18,060 nucleotides of DNA. Origin: Octopus sinensis (taxonomy: Eukaryota). The stretch is taken from positions 1 to 18,060 of the forward strand of contig NW_021824554.1 of NCBI RefSeq assembly GCF_006345805.1. Reading direction: 5' to 3'. Below the pieces are notes generated by a model, which saw nothing but the letters and a program-made list of their open reading frames with translations, had not been told where the DNA came from and ran no database searches. Both the position numbers and the translations under genes were made by a program. Positions 1 to 10,257 of this stretch are shown piece by piece. Position 1 is the first letter of the stretch. Every line of letters starts with the position of its first letter.

Positions 1-208
1 AAGCTAATTTTTCATCAGTGGTGGTCATACTTGTCTAACAGCTATTAGGGTTGTATGAATATCTGTATGTATGTATCTATTGTTGGTACGTATATGTGTG
101 CAGATGCGTATGTGTGTGTATATGTATATATAGGTTATGTGTCTGTATTTGCGTTTGTGCGTGTGTGCGTAGGTGTATTTATGTGTGTGTGTACATATAC
201 ATACACAA

Positions 209-248
<40 letters not shown>

Positions 249-339
249 GTATATGTAGGTCCCGGGTTGAGTCGGGGTTAACCACAGTAAATAAGGTACT
301 CAATACATAGCAGAGTAAATTAATTTATTTTATAGAAGG

Positions 340-390
340 AGCTTCTACAGGACTAGAACTGTTTCATTCAAATGAAATCATCAGGAAGCT
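340..390 (-). ncRNA. Type I hammerhead ribozyme motif (mirror copy)
   Basis: Exact reverse complement of 473-523. Confidence 0.8.
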
Positions 391-472
391 TACTGTCAAA
401 ATAAGTTCTGGTATTCATACATTTATACTACATTCTGCCTAAATGTATAAATACCAGACTTATTTGACAGCA

Positions 473-523
473 AGCTTCCTGATGATTTCATTTGAATGAA
501 ACAGTTCTAGTCCTGTAGAAGCT
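473..523 (+). ncRNA. Type I hammerhead ribozyme motif
   Basis: Stem I AGCTTC(473-478)/GAAGCT(518-523); core CTGATGA 479-485; weak stem II TTC/GAA; GAAA 498-501; stem III ACAG/CTGT; GUA cleavage triplet ending at A517. Confidence 0.8.
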
Positions 524-535
524 CCTTCTATAAAA

Positions 536-540
536 TATAT

Positions 541-572
<32 letters not shown>

Positions 573-629
573 ATATATATATATATATATACTATATATA
601 TATTATATATATATATTATATATATATAT
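536..629. repeat. (TA)n microsatellite
   Basis: Direct inspection. Confidence 0.95.
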
Positions 630-721
630 CGGAGTAAGCACATAATGTGGAACAAGGTGGAAAAAAGAGTACTCGAATACCAGAGGTAGAGTAATATGCT
701 TTCATTATTACTGTTCAATTT

Positions 722-776
722 TAACAAAAATGTCCGACGAACGGAAACGTGAAACTCTGAGTAACGGCTTTTGTTA
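722..776 (+). ncRNA. Type I hammerhead motif, U4C core variant
   Basis: TGT-CCGACGA(734-740)-ACG GAAA CGT-GAAA(751-754)-CTC T GAG-TA-ACG. Stem I extends imperfectly to 722/776. Confidence 0.65.
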
Positions 777-796
777 TATTTTTTCTGCTTTTAAGT

Positions 797-1063
797 ATAT
801 ATATATATATGAGTATGTGTGTGTATTTGTGTTTGTGTGTGTGTGTACATATATACATACTCATATATATATGAGTATGTCTGTGTATTTGTACGTATGT
901 GTGTGTACGTGTGTGTGTGTGTGTGCGAATGGCGTTTTGTCTGTTTGCCGAGATGGATGGTTCGCCAGTTAATTGGTTCATTAATTGACTGACTGGCTGC
1001 ACGGATGGTGTGCTGGTTGGCTGTATGTCATCAAATGCATGTGTGTGTGTGTATGTGTGTGCT

Positions 1064-1122
<59 letters not shown>

Positions 1123-1535
1123 TAGGTGTGTACAGGGAGTAGCAGTCGTTTTTGTGATTGTTTGTGTGTGTATGTACGTGTACATGTGCGCGCGCGCGTT
1201 TGTGTGCGTGCGTGCGTGTGTATGTGTGTGTGAGTGGTAGGTGTGTAACTGGAGGTGTCATCAATTAGAACTGACCAGCTAATTAGCAATTTGCAGTCTT
1301 GATGCACATGTATAACAATGGGAGAGTTTGTTACACTAATTATTTGCGCGATTATACCTACATGCACGAACACACATACAGACACACACACACACACGTA
1401 CACACACATACGCATGTCTAAATGTCCTTGTATACGCAATCTATTCATAATGTACATAATATATATATATATATATACAACACACACGCACACACGCACA
1501 CACGCACACACACACACACACACACCACACACATA
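797..1535. repeat. Compound (TG/CA/TA)n microsatellite region with short unique spacers
   Basis: Direct inspection; source of the HTHT/VCVC pseudo-ORFs. Confidence 0.9.
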
Positions 1536-1539
1536 ATTT

Positions 1540-1695
1540 TTACCAAACACATGGTTCCGGGTTCAGACCGATAGAATAAGTACTAGGCTTACAAAAATAA
1601 GTCCTGGAGTCGATTTGTTTGACTAAAGGTAGTGCTCTAGCATAGCCGCAGTCAAATGACTGAAACAAGTAAATAATAAAAGAATAAAAGAATAA
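1540..1695 (+). mobile_element. SINE, apparently internally deleted (tRNA-like head fragment joined to the family 3' tail)
   Basis: B-box-like ATGGTTCCGGGTTCAG (1551-1566) is followed directly by ACCGATAGAATAAG...GCAGTCAAATGACTGAAACAAG. The tail recurs inverted at 2491-2660 and 11240-11350. Confidence 0.8.
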
Positions 1696-1713
1696 ATATA
1701 TATATATATTATA

Positions 1714-1778
<65 letters not shown>

Positions 1779-1785
1779 AGATATA
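1696..1785. repeat. (TA)n microsatellite
   Basis: Direct inspection. Confidence 0.95.
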
Positions 1786-1860
1786 TGTTTAAGTATTGAA
1801 TGAATTATCCTAGTATGGATAATTCGGTTAACCGATACCCGGGTAGCAAATTTACGTCAG

Positions 1861-1905
1861 AAAGCACGGTTGAAGCTACATGCCAAAGCACGGTTGAAGC
1901 TACAT
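1861..1905 (+). repeat. 21-bp direct duplication, period 24
   Basis: AAAGCACGGTTGAAGCTACAT at 1861-1881 and 1885-1905. Confidence 0.95.
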
Positions 1906-1924
1906 TCTTTCATCTATCTATCTA

Positions 1925-1960
<36 letters not shown>

Positions 1961-2041
1961 ACATCTATTTTCATTCCTCTACCTCACTTTCTGTTTCGTA
2001 TCTTATCTAAATTAACTATTGCTTAACCATCTGCTCACACC

Positions 2042-2089
2042 GTCTCAGATGAAGGGATATAATAAATATCCTTGAAACAGCTGTAAGAC
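2042..2089 (+). ncRNA. Type I hammerhead motif, U4A core variant
   Basis: Stem I GTCT/AGAC; CAGATGA 2046-2052; 8-bp stem II AGGGATAT/ATATCCTT; GAAA 2074-2077; palindromic stem III ACAGCTGT; GUA triplet ending at A2085. Confidence 0.7.
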
Positions 2090-2336
2090 CTTCTATTTAT
2101 AAATGTTATAAAATCTACATAGCCTTGGTATTTTATGTCATTACGGAAAAAAATTATATATATACATCTATATAATGACTAGAAACCATGGGTCTATAAA
2201 CCTGTTCTACCTCATGAAAACGCAGAACAACTTAACTTCCAAGATATAAAAGATTCACAAACAAGCATAAACATACATTCTCTGAGGAGTGCTTATCATC
2301 GTAGCCGACGAATTGCCAGTGCTGTATACATATATA

Positions 2337-2376
2337 TCTCTGATGAGAGCCCAATAAGTTTCGAAAATCGATCAGG
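2337..2376 (+). ncRNA. Degenerate type I hammerhead motif
   Basis: TCT-CTGATGA(2340-2346)-GAGC...GTTTC-GAAA-extra A-TCGA-TC-AGG. Palindromic ATCGAT; stem I only 3 bp. Confidence 0.5.
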
Positions 2377-2490
2377 GTTGTTCATCATTTTTTTTTTCAG
2401 TCTGCGGAGAAATGGTTAAAATTTACCCTGTTTATAATTATACCATATTTTACATACACACACATATGTATAAATGTATTGTTTTTTCAT

Positions 2491-2660
2491 TTACTCTCTT
2501 GTTTCAGTCATTTGACTGCCACCATGCTGGAGCACCACCTTGAAAAAATTGAACCCAGGACTAATTTTTTATGCTATGTAAGTCTTCTATCGGTGTGTTT
2601 TGCCTGGCTGCTAGGTTACTTGAACGTAAACACACCAATACCAGTTGTCAAACAGTGATG
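2491..2660 (-). mobile_element. SINE 3' tail fragment (same family as the 1567-1695 tail)
   Basis: CTTGTTTCAGTCATTTGACTGC (2498-2519) is the exact reverse complement of the motif near 1648-1669. Confidence 0.85.
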
Positions 2661-3326
2661 CAAGGACAAGTACACACACACACACACACTTACAGACACG
2701 CGCGCACGCACACACACACACATACATATACACAAAATGTACATTTATACATAAATAATAGGGTAAAATTATTATAAAATATCAATAATAATATCAATGG
2801 TATTCACCTGTGCAATAAAGGGGAATAGATGGCTTAGAGTCTTTTCAACTACTATTTCTAGCATGTTGGTACTTTTCCCAGCTTCTTAACGACACACACA
2901 CATGTGTCTGCACCTAAGCATATCTATAAACTCGTAAAAGACTCCTGGAAGAACATGAAACTTCTCCCACCCTAATTAAAACTAAGCGTAAGAAAATAAA
3001 CGAAAGAACACAATAAAAAAAAATTATGATCTTAATTAACCAGCCTTGACATCCTCCATTCTCGTTAAAATCATTTCCAGTTTTATGATTCGTCTAATCG
3101 TCTGCGAAATTTAATTTCGTGAAAGAGAAAGAAAAAAGAATAATAAAGCAACGACTTAGCTTCTGTGGGGACGGTTTTCCGTCAGACGTGGAAGGTATTT
3201 CAAACGTTGCTCTAGCGTAAATATGCTGGAAAAATGTTGGTCGAAATAGAAATATCGAGAAACCAAGCTATTTCGACAAAGAATGCGACCAGCAAACAGA
3301 ATGCGCAAACAGTAAGCGGAAATATC

Positions 3327-3736
3327 GGTTTCAAATTTTGGCACACGGCCAGCAATATTGTGGGAGGGGAGGGTTAGGTTAAGTCAATTGTTTAGACCCC
3401 AGTACGTAACTGGTACCTATTTTATCGGCCCCACCCTCGAAACCATGAAAGGCAAAGTCGACCTCGGCGGAATTCGAACTCAGAACATACCGACAGTCGA
3501 AATACCTATTTCTTTACTACCCACAAGGGGCTAAACACAGAGGACAAATAAGGACAGACAAACGGATTAAGTTGATTATATCGACTCCAGTGCGTAACTG
3601 GTGCTTAATTCATCGACCCCGAAAGGATGAAAGGCAAAGTCGGCCTCGGCAGAATTTGAACTCAGAATGTAGCGACAGACGAAGTATCGCTAAACATTTC
3701 GCCCGGCATGCTAACGATACTAAAAGCTCACCCCTT
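3327..3736 (-). mobile_element. tRNA-derived SINE, tandem dimer (full unit 3736-3506 plus headless unit 3505-3327)
   Basis: Two copies of the body CTGAGTTC(A/G)AATT..GAGG(T/C)CGACTTTGCCTTTCAT, one head, two different tails. Homologous to 6992-7130, 8118-8334, 14309-14510 and 16381-16511. Confidence 0.9.
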
Positions 3737-3737
3737 A

Positions 3738-3819
<82 letters not shown>

Positions 3820-3899
3820 TGATAATAATAATTATAATATAATTATAATAATAATAATAATAATAATAATATAATAATAATAATAATAATGATAATAAT
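3738..3899 (+). repeat. (TAA)n microsatellite 5' of the LINE
   Basis: Direct inspection. Confidence 0.97.
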
Positions 3900-5762
3900 C
3901 ATACAATCATAAAATTCATAGAGCACTCTATGAATAAATGGCAAACAGTCCTACACCTCCAAACAAAAGAGGGACTCATGAAAACCAAAGACATCCCCAT
4001 TAGAAGAGGAATATTCCAGGGAGACACGCTCTCTCCACTCCTTTTCTGCTTGGCACTGTCACCTCTATCTATATGCTAAATAGAACTGGGTGCGGATATA
4101 AATGTTACGGCAAAACGATCAGCCACCTTTTATATATGGATGACCTAAAACTATACGCTGCAAATGACAAACAGCTGGAAACACTATTAAAGACAGTTCA
4201 TGGATTTACCAAAGAAATAGATATGAAATTTGGATTAGAAAAATGCGCCAAAGTAACCCTGAAAAGAGGAAAACTAGTTAAGAGTAACAACATCACACTA
4301 GATAAAACCAATGAATAAAGAATTAGACCAAAGCCAAACTTACAAATACTTAGGAATCCATGAACTAGATAAGACACAACACACACAAATGAAAGAGAAA
4401 ATAAAAAAAGAATATTATAGACGAGTAGATCAATACTAAACACAGAGCTCAATGCTAAAAACAAGATAATAGGTATCAACACTTTAGCTGTCCCATTTAT
4501 AAGTTACAGCTACAATGAACTGACCAAAATAGATAGGAAAATAAGAAAATAATGACAGGATCTAGGATGCATCACCCAAAATCTGACATAGAAAGACTAT
4601 ATATACAACGTATAGAAGGTGGTAGAGGCCTTATACAGCTGGAAAACTACTATAAAATAACCACCATAGGACTGCAAAAATATCTACTTCAGAAGGAAGG
4701 AAAACTGATCCAGATAGCGGCAAAACACGAGCAAAACAAAAAACTGTTCTCAGTATTTAAGGAAGCTGACAAATACAAACAAGAATCATACCACCTAATA
4801 AACATGAAGAAGAAGAAGAAGATGAAGAAACAACAAAAGCTATAAAACAAATGAAATCCAAACTAAAAATAGAACAACAACGAACCATGATAAAACGATG
4901 GCAAGAAAAGCCCCTTCATGGTAAATACTGGACTAAACTAAACGCAAAAGAATAGACAAAGAAAAATCCCAGCAATGGTTGAGAAGCTCAGGACTCAAAG
5001 CAGAACCAGAGAGATTTTTAATTGCAGCACAAGACCAAAGCCTCCCCACCAGAATTACCAAAACATGTAATGAAAAGAAATATTACAAGTAACTGCGGAA
5101 TATGTGGAGATGGACAAGAAACAATAAATCATATTATCTCTAGCTGCCCAGTTTTGGCTAAGAAGGAATATATTCACAGACATGACAGAGTTGGAACCTA
5201 CATACATTGGAAGCTATGCCAACATTATGGAATAACAACAGAAAAAAGATGGTATAGGCACACACCAGAAAAGGTCACAGAAACGAGAAAGCAACCATAC
5301 TCTGGGATATGCCGATACACACAGATAGAGAAATTAAGGCCAACAGACCAGATATAGTTGTCAGAGATCATGAAGAAAAAAATGCTTTCTAATTGATGTA
5401 TCAATACCGGCTGATGACAACGTGTCTCTAAAAGAATGGAGAACTCTCAAAATACAAGACCTGGAAATAGAGGTAACTAGAATGAAGTGGAATCTGAAAA
5501 CAGAAACAATTCCTATCATAGTAGGTGCATTAGGCATGATAAAAAATATTCAGACAAATACATAACAAAAAACACCAGGACTTACAAACACATATAACAT
5601 ACAGAAAATTGCACTACTAGGCACTGCACACATCCTACGCAGAACACTTTCCATACAATAACCATCAGAGCATCACAACAAATCACAGCACATACCCAAG
5701 GCACACAGAGCTGTGCTCGGTAGTGAAGTGAAAGCACGCTATAAAAATAAAACTACTACCGA
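3900..5762 (+). mobile_element. 5'-truncated, frameshifted R4/Dong-clade non-LTR retrotransposon (RT, CCHC knuckle, RLE), family F1
   Basis: GIFQGD (4008-4025), YMDD (4133-4144), KYLG, GGRGL, CGICGDGQETINHIISSC (5094-5147), RHDRV..IHW, RPDIVV (5345-5362), IVGALG; stop TAA 5659-5661; ~100-nt 3' UTR then (TAA)n. Several frameshifts. Confidence 0.95.
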
Positions 5763-5768
5763 ATAATG

Positions 5769-5802
<34 letters not shown>

Positions 5803-5823
5803 TAATATGATAATAATAATATG

Positions 5824-5864
<41 letters not shown>

Positions 5865-5868
5865 AATA

Positions 5869-5950
<82 letters not shown>
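5763..5950 (+). repeat. (TAA)n tail/target array
   Basis: Direct inspection. Confidence 0.97.
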
Positions 5951-5951
<1 letters not shown>

Positions 5952-6044
5952 CATCAGAGCATCACATCAAATCACAGCACATACCCAAGGCACACAGAGC
6001 TGCGCTCGGTAGTGAAGTGAAAGCACGCTATAAAAATAAAACTA

Positions 6045-6048
<4 letters not shown>
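5952..6048 (+). mobile_element. Second F1 insertion, 3' UTR only
   Basis: Near-identical to 5664-5762 (about 3 differences); (TAA)n on both sides. Confidence 0.93.
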
Positions 6049-6089
<41 letters not shown>

Positions 6090-6498
6090 TTTCAACTAGC
6101 AATAACTACGCCTCGGATTTACATCATTGGCCATGCTACCGCCTTTGCTTAACAATAATAATAATGATATTTTATAAGGATTGACGTAACTTCTCACAAA
6201 GCCAAATAGACAATAGGAAAAACGCGATGCGATTGCAATAGGTGTTTTATTGGTTGAACGATATTTCGACAGCTAACTTGTCTTTGTCGAGTTCAAAATG
6301 AAAAGCGATACATTGAAAGTCAAAATCATAAAAATTCGTATTCAAAATTTGAACGAGAAAACCAGCTTTCCCACGTTCAGAGAATGACATCATGAGTCTT
6401 CAATTTTTAAGTTTACAACTGGCAAAAAAGAAACAGAAAGAAAAAAAAAGAGAAAAGAAGAAGAGAATAAAAGAAAAAAAGAAAAGGAAAAAGAATAT

Positions 6499-6990
6499 TT
6501 AATGAAACAGTTTTGTATAGATATGAAATTCTCCTGTCGTTTTATTCATCCCTCCAGGGCGTGGTGTTAATAACTCATAAACATTTCTCCTCATGCATTT
6601 TGAGTACTGAAAGTGTAGCAGATTCAGAATATTTTTCTGAGAAGATTCACTTTCAAGTCTTTTTCAAAATTGCTGCCGTTTGATGCAAAATGCTCGGAAA
6701 GTTCTATTGAACTACGGTTATTGTACCTGCGGTCATATCTGTACCCAATGAATTTTTGTTTAATAGTTCTGTTGCACAATCAGCATAAATCAAGTTGTGA
6801 TTTGGTGCATCCCGTTGTGTGCACTAAATGGGAATCTCTACACGTCCCATCTTCCGTGCAAATCATAACAGAAATGTTATGATTTCTGATGGAATCGATT
6901 TGACTCATGGCGTTGCACAATGAACAGGGCTTACTTCTCATGCAGCTGTTTTTCAAGGTACAGCTTGCAGAAACTCCAATGTCAGTTTCC
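6499..6990 (-). pseudogene. Decayed GIY-YIG endonuclease of a Penelope-like retroelement
   Basis: Minus-strand reading: KPCSLC (CxxC 6915-6926)...TCRDSHLVHTTGCTKS...NRTIKQKFIGYRYD...ELSEHF...DLKVNLL, then frameshifted LKMHEEK and PGGMN (6544-6558), ending FH* at 6499. This fits the PLE pattern CxxC..C..VY..C..R...H..HF..E..PxGxN. Confidence 0.8.
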
Positions 6991-6991
6991 T

Positions 6992-7130
6992 TGGTACTTA
7001 ATTTATCGACCACGAAAGGATAAATGGCAAAGTCGACCTGGGCGGAATTTGAACTCAGAACGTAGCGACGAGCGAAATATCGCTAAGCATTTCGTCCAGC
7101 GAGCTAACGATTCTACCGGTTCGCCGCCTT
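6992..7130 (-). mobile_element. tRNA-derived SINE (head plus body)
   Basis: Minus strand AAGGCGGCGAACCGGTAGAATCG... and B-box GAGTTCAAATTCC. Confidence 0.9.
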
Positions 7131-7180
7131 AAGAATAATAATGATATTAACAACAACAACAATTATGATGATGATGATGA

Positions 7181-7207
<27 letters not shown>

Positions 7208-7211
<4 letters not shown>

Positions 7212-7283
7212 CAATACCAAACAACTGCTCTCACGGCTTCTGATCTTATCTAATTGGAAGTGTTAACAAGCAAATTTGAAACT
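7208..7283 (+). mobile_element. 5' fragment of the ~520-bp element joined to a SINE-tail-like CAAATTTGAAAC
   Basis: GGCTTCTGATCTTATCTAATTGGAAGTGTTAACA matches the reverse complement of 13455-13495 and 8870-8895. Confidence 0.65.
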
Positions 7284-7358
7284 ATTATTATTATTATTAT
7301 TATTATTATATTATTATTTTTATTTTCATTGTTGTTGTTATTGTCGTCATCATCATCG

Positions 7359-7391
<33 letters not shown>

Positions 7392-7444
7392 TATTATTAT
7401 TATTATTATTATTATCATTATTATTATTATTATTATCATCATCA

Positions 7445-7488
<44 letters not shown>

Positions 7489-7537
7489 TTTATTTTCATT
7501 GTTGTTTTTGTTATTGTCGTCGTCGTCATCATCATCA

Positions 7538-7574
<37 letters not shown>

Positions 7575-7887
7575 CATCATCATCATCATCAGCATCATCA
7601 TCATCATCATCATTATTATTATTATTATTATTTTAATTTTCATTGTTGTTGCTGTTATTGACGTCGTCATCATCATCATCATCACCATCGTCATCATCAT
7701 TCAATATTTGGTAGTTTCAGGCAAATTGCTATCGTGTTCCAGGGGTGTGTGTGTGCAGCATTATTTTTTTTCGTTTCGGATGTTAAGCGGGTGCAAAGTG
7801 TTTCTCGTATTCTATTATGTAATTTTCTTATTTTATTATGAGGTGTGGTGCAGTCTTTTGTCGTATTAGTGTTTATATTGTGTTGTG

Positions 7888-7924
<37 letters not shown>

Positions 7925-8067
7925 TAATAATAATAATAATAATAATAATAAGAAGAAGAAGAAGAGAAGAAGAAGAAGAAGAAGAAGAAGAAGAAGAAGA
8001 AGAACAACAACAACAACAATAAAATGATGATGATGATGACGACGACGACAACAAGAACAGCAGCAGC

Positions 8068-8103
<36 letters not shown>

Positions 8104-8110
8104 AATAATT
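7284..8110. repeat. Compound trinucleotide arrays (ATT/GTT/GTC/ATC; AAT/AAG/AAC/GAT/GAC) around a unique spacer at ~7700-7890
   Basis: Direct inspection. Confidence 0.92.
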
Positions 8111-8117
8111 GATATTT

Positions 8118-8334
8118 AAGGCAGTGAACTGGTAGACTCGTTAGCATGCCGGACAAAATGCTTAGCAATATTTCGCCCATCGCTACGTTCTGAGTTCAAA
8201 TTCTGCCGAGGTCGTCTTTGCTTTTCATCATTTCGACGTCGATAAATTAAGTATCAGTTGAACACTGGGGTCGATGTAACCGACACATCCACCTCCCCCA
8301 AAATGGCTGCTCTTGTGGCAAAATTTGAAGCCAC
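8118..8334 (+). mobile_element. Full-length tRNA-derived SINE
   Basis: A-box-like TGGTAGACTCG, B-box GAGTTCAAATTC, shared body, tail GGCAAAATTTGAAGCC then (AAT)n. Confidence 0.9.
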
Positions 8335-8379
8335 AATAATAATAATAATACTTATATTATTTTTATTATTATTATTATT

Positions 8380-9057
<678 letters not shown>

Positions 9058-9348
9058 GTGATGAATAGTCACAGCTTATTTTGATGGGTATGGTGGAAAG
9101 TGTCGGCTGTTCACAGCCAGTAGGCTAAGGGGACACTTATTTATTGGTCATGCTTCAAGAACCCTGTGAAGAATTCTTGCAGTCCCCAGCAATGCTGATT
9201 TTTGTAGGTGTTCTACCTTCACATTTGCACCAATCTGTTTTAGTCATATTGGTAGTTGAGTGTTGATACTTCCAAGTGCACCAATTACTATTGGTATCAC
9301 GTCTACTCTCCTCATTGACCACAATCTTCTTATTTCCCACTTCAAATC
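9058..9348 (-). mobile_element. 3' fragment of an R4/Dong-type LINE, family F4 (not shown in frame by the ORF track)
   Basis: DLKWEIRRLWSMRRVDVIPIVIGALGSINTQLPI*LKQIGANVKVEHLQKSALLGTARILHRVLEA* (stop 9148-9150), then 3' UTR and (TAA)n. Confidence 0.92.
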
Positions 9349-9786
9349 GGCGCAGTTGTTCAGGACGTCACAAACTGTCTAAGCAAAATGAAATACGTAA
9401 ACAACGAGAAAAAAATACTTGGAAATCAGGACAAGTAAACACAGAGAATCGATACTTCGTAAGATGTTGGCTGTCTCTCTACTCCCCATTTCGAGTATTC
9501 AACGACAATATGAGTCTTTAAAGACAGTTGCTCCCATAAATTCCAAAATAAAATTTATTATTTATTGAGGGTCAAAGTTGGGAACAAAAACAGGACAGTG
9601 GAGACGTACAAGGAAACGGAACAAAAACAGACATAGAGGGTCGTTAGACCAGAACGGGAGGAAAATAGTGAACGCTGGGATAAATATTTTCTTTCAGAAG
9701 AGAAAAGAAAACACGTCCAGTCTTTTGAACGTCCGTGCAGGAAAAGATGGACACGTGAGGAAAAGAAAGATGGACGATGGTCACGT

Positions 9787-9822
<36 letters not shown>

Positions 9823-9933
9823 GATATATACTTAAATATATATGTATGTATATGTGCATGTGTATGTAAATATATATGCATACATATGTGTGTGTGTGTG
9901 TATGTATATATGCATGTATATATGAATATATTG

Positions 9934-10256
9934 AGACCCCCTTTGGTCATGAATAACCATGGGATTGGTTGCACCTAGAAAGTTACCCTCCCAGGCACAA
10001 GTCCGGGCAAGGTTGTTTATGGAAGACCAGCAGTCACCCATGCATACCAGCCTCCCGTCTCCACGCCACCGATGTTGTCCAAGGGAAAGGCTAAGGGGCC
10101 GATACAGCTTGGCACGTGTGACGTCGCAACTCACTTCTACAGCTGATTGAACTGGAGCAACGTGAAATAAAATGTCTTGCTCAAGAACACAACGCGCAGC
10201 CCGGTCCGGGATTCGAACTCACAATCTCACGATCGTAAGCTCGACGCTCTATCTAC
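9934..10256 (-). mobile_element. tRNA-derived SINE with a CORE-like central segment and a 3' hairpin
   Basis: B-box GAGTTCGAATCCC; TTGTGTTCTTGAGCAAGACA resembles the CORE-SINE CCTTGGGCAAG motif; the 5' A-box is partly truncated. Confidence 0.8.
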
Positions 10257-10257
10257 T

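Larger units (their letters stand above)
326..537. repeat. Long near-perfect inverted repeat (arms 326-425 and 440-537, 14-nt loop)
   Basis: 326-391 is the exact reverse complement of 472-537. The inner ~34 bp has 4 differences (2 substitutions, 2 single-base indels). Confidence 0.97.

Noticed and set aside
968-1345. TAATT homeobox-like motifs and the palindrome GCTAATTAGC
   Set aside because: Expected by chance at this AT content without conservation data.
25-1550. ORFs rich in HT/VC/YI
   Set aside because: Translations of CA/TG/TA microsatellites.
3156-3312. Possible exon (minus-strand HIYARATFEIPSTSDGKPSPQKL after TTTTCCAG) and a 10-bp inverted repeat at 3240-3277
   Set aside because: No credible donor and no recognisable protein; short hairpins alone are uninformative.
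5411-5417. CTGATGA inside the LINE
   Set aside because: Encodes Ala-Asp-Asp of the RLE; no hammerhead stems or GAAA in position.
3738-6088. Repeat-spacer look (TAA arrays with a duplicated 97-bp unit) as CRISPR-like
   Set aside because: Eukaryotic microsatellites and LINE 3' UTRs; no constant repeat with unique spacers.
6770-6926. Recurring TGCA motifs suggesting regulatory sites
   Set aside because: Largely explained by Cys/His codons of the minus-strand GIY-YIG relic.
7254-8180. Poly-I/Y/L/M ORFs up to 197 aa
   Set aside because: Trinucleotide arrays with no complex sequence or splice context.
9670-9700. Possible very decayed minus-strand hammerhead (CTGAAAGA...CCCAGCGTT) in the repeat-like region 9360-9790
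   Set aside because: Both core halves are broken, and no second copy in the window supports it.
10185-10256. tRNA-like sequence
   Set aside because: Truncated SINE head attached to a SINE body, not a tRNA gene.
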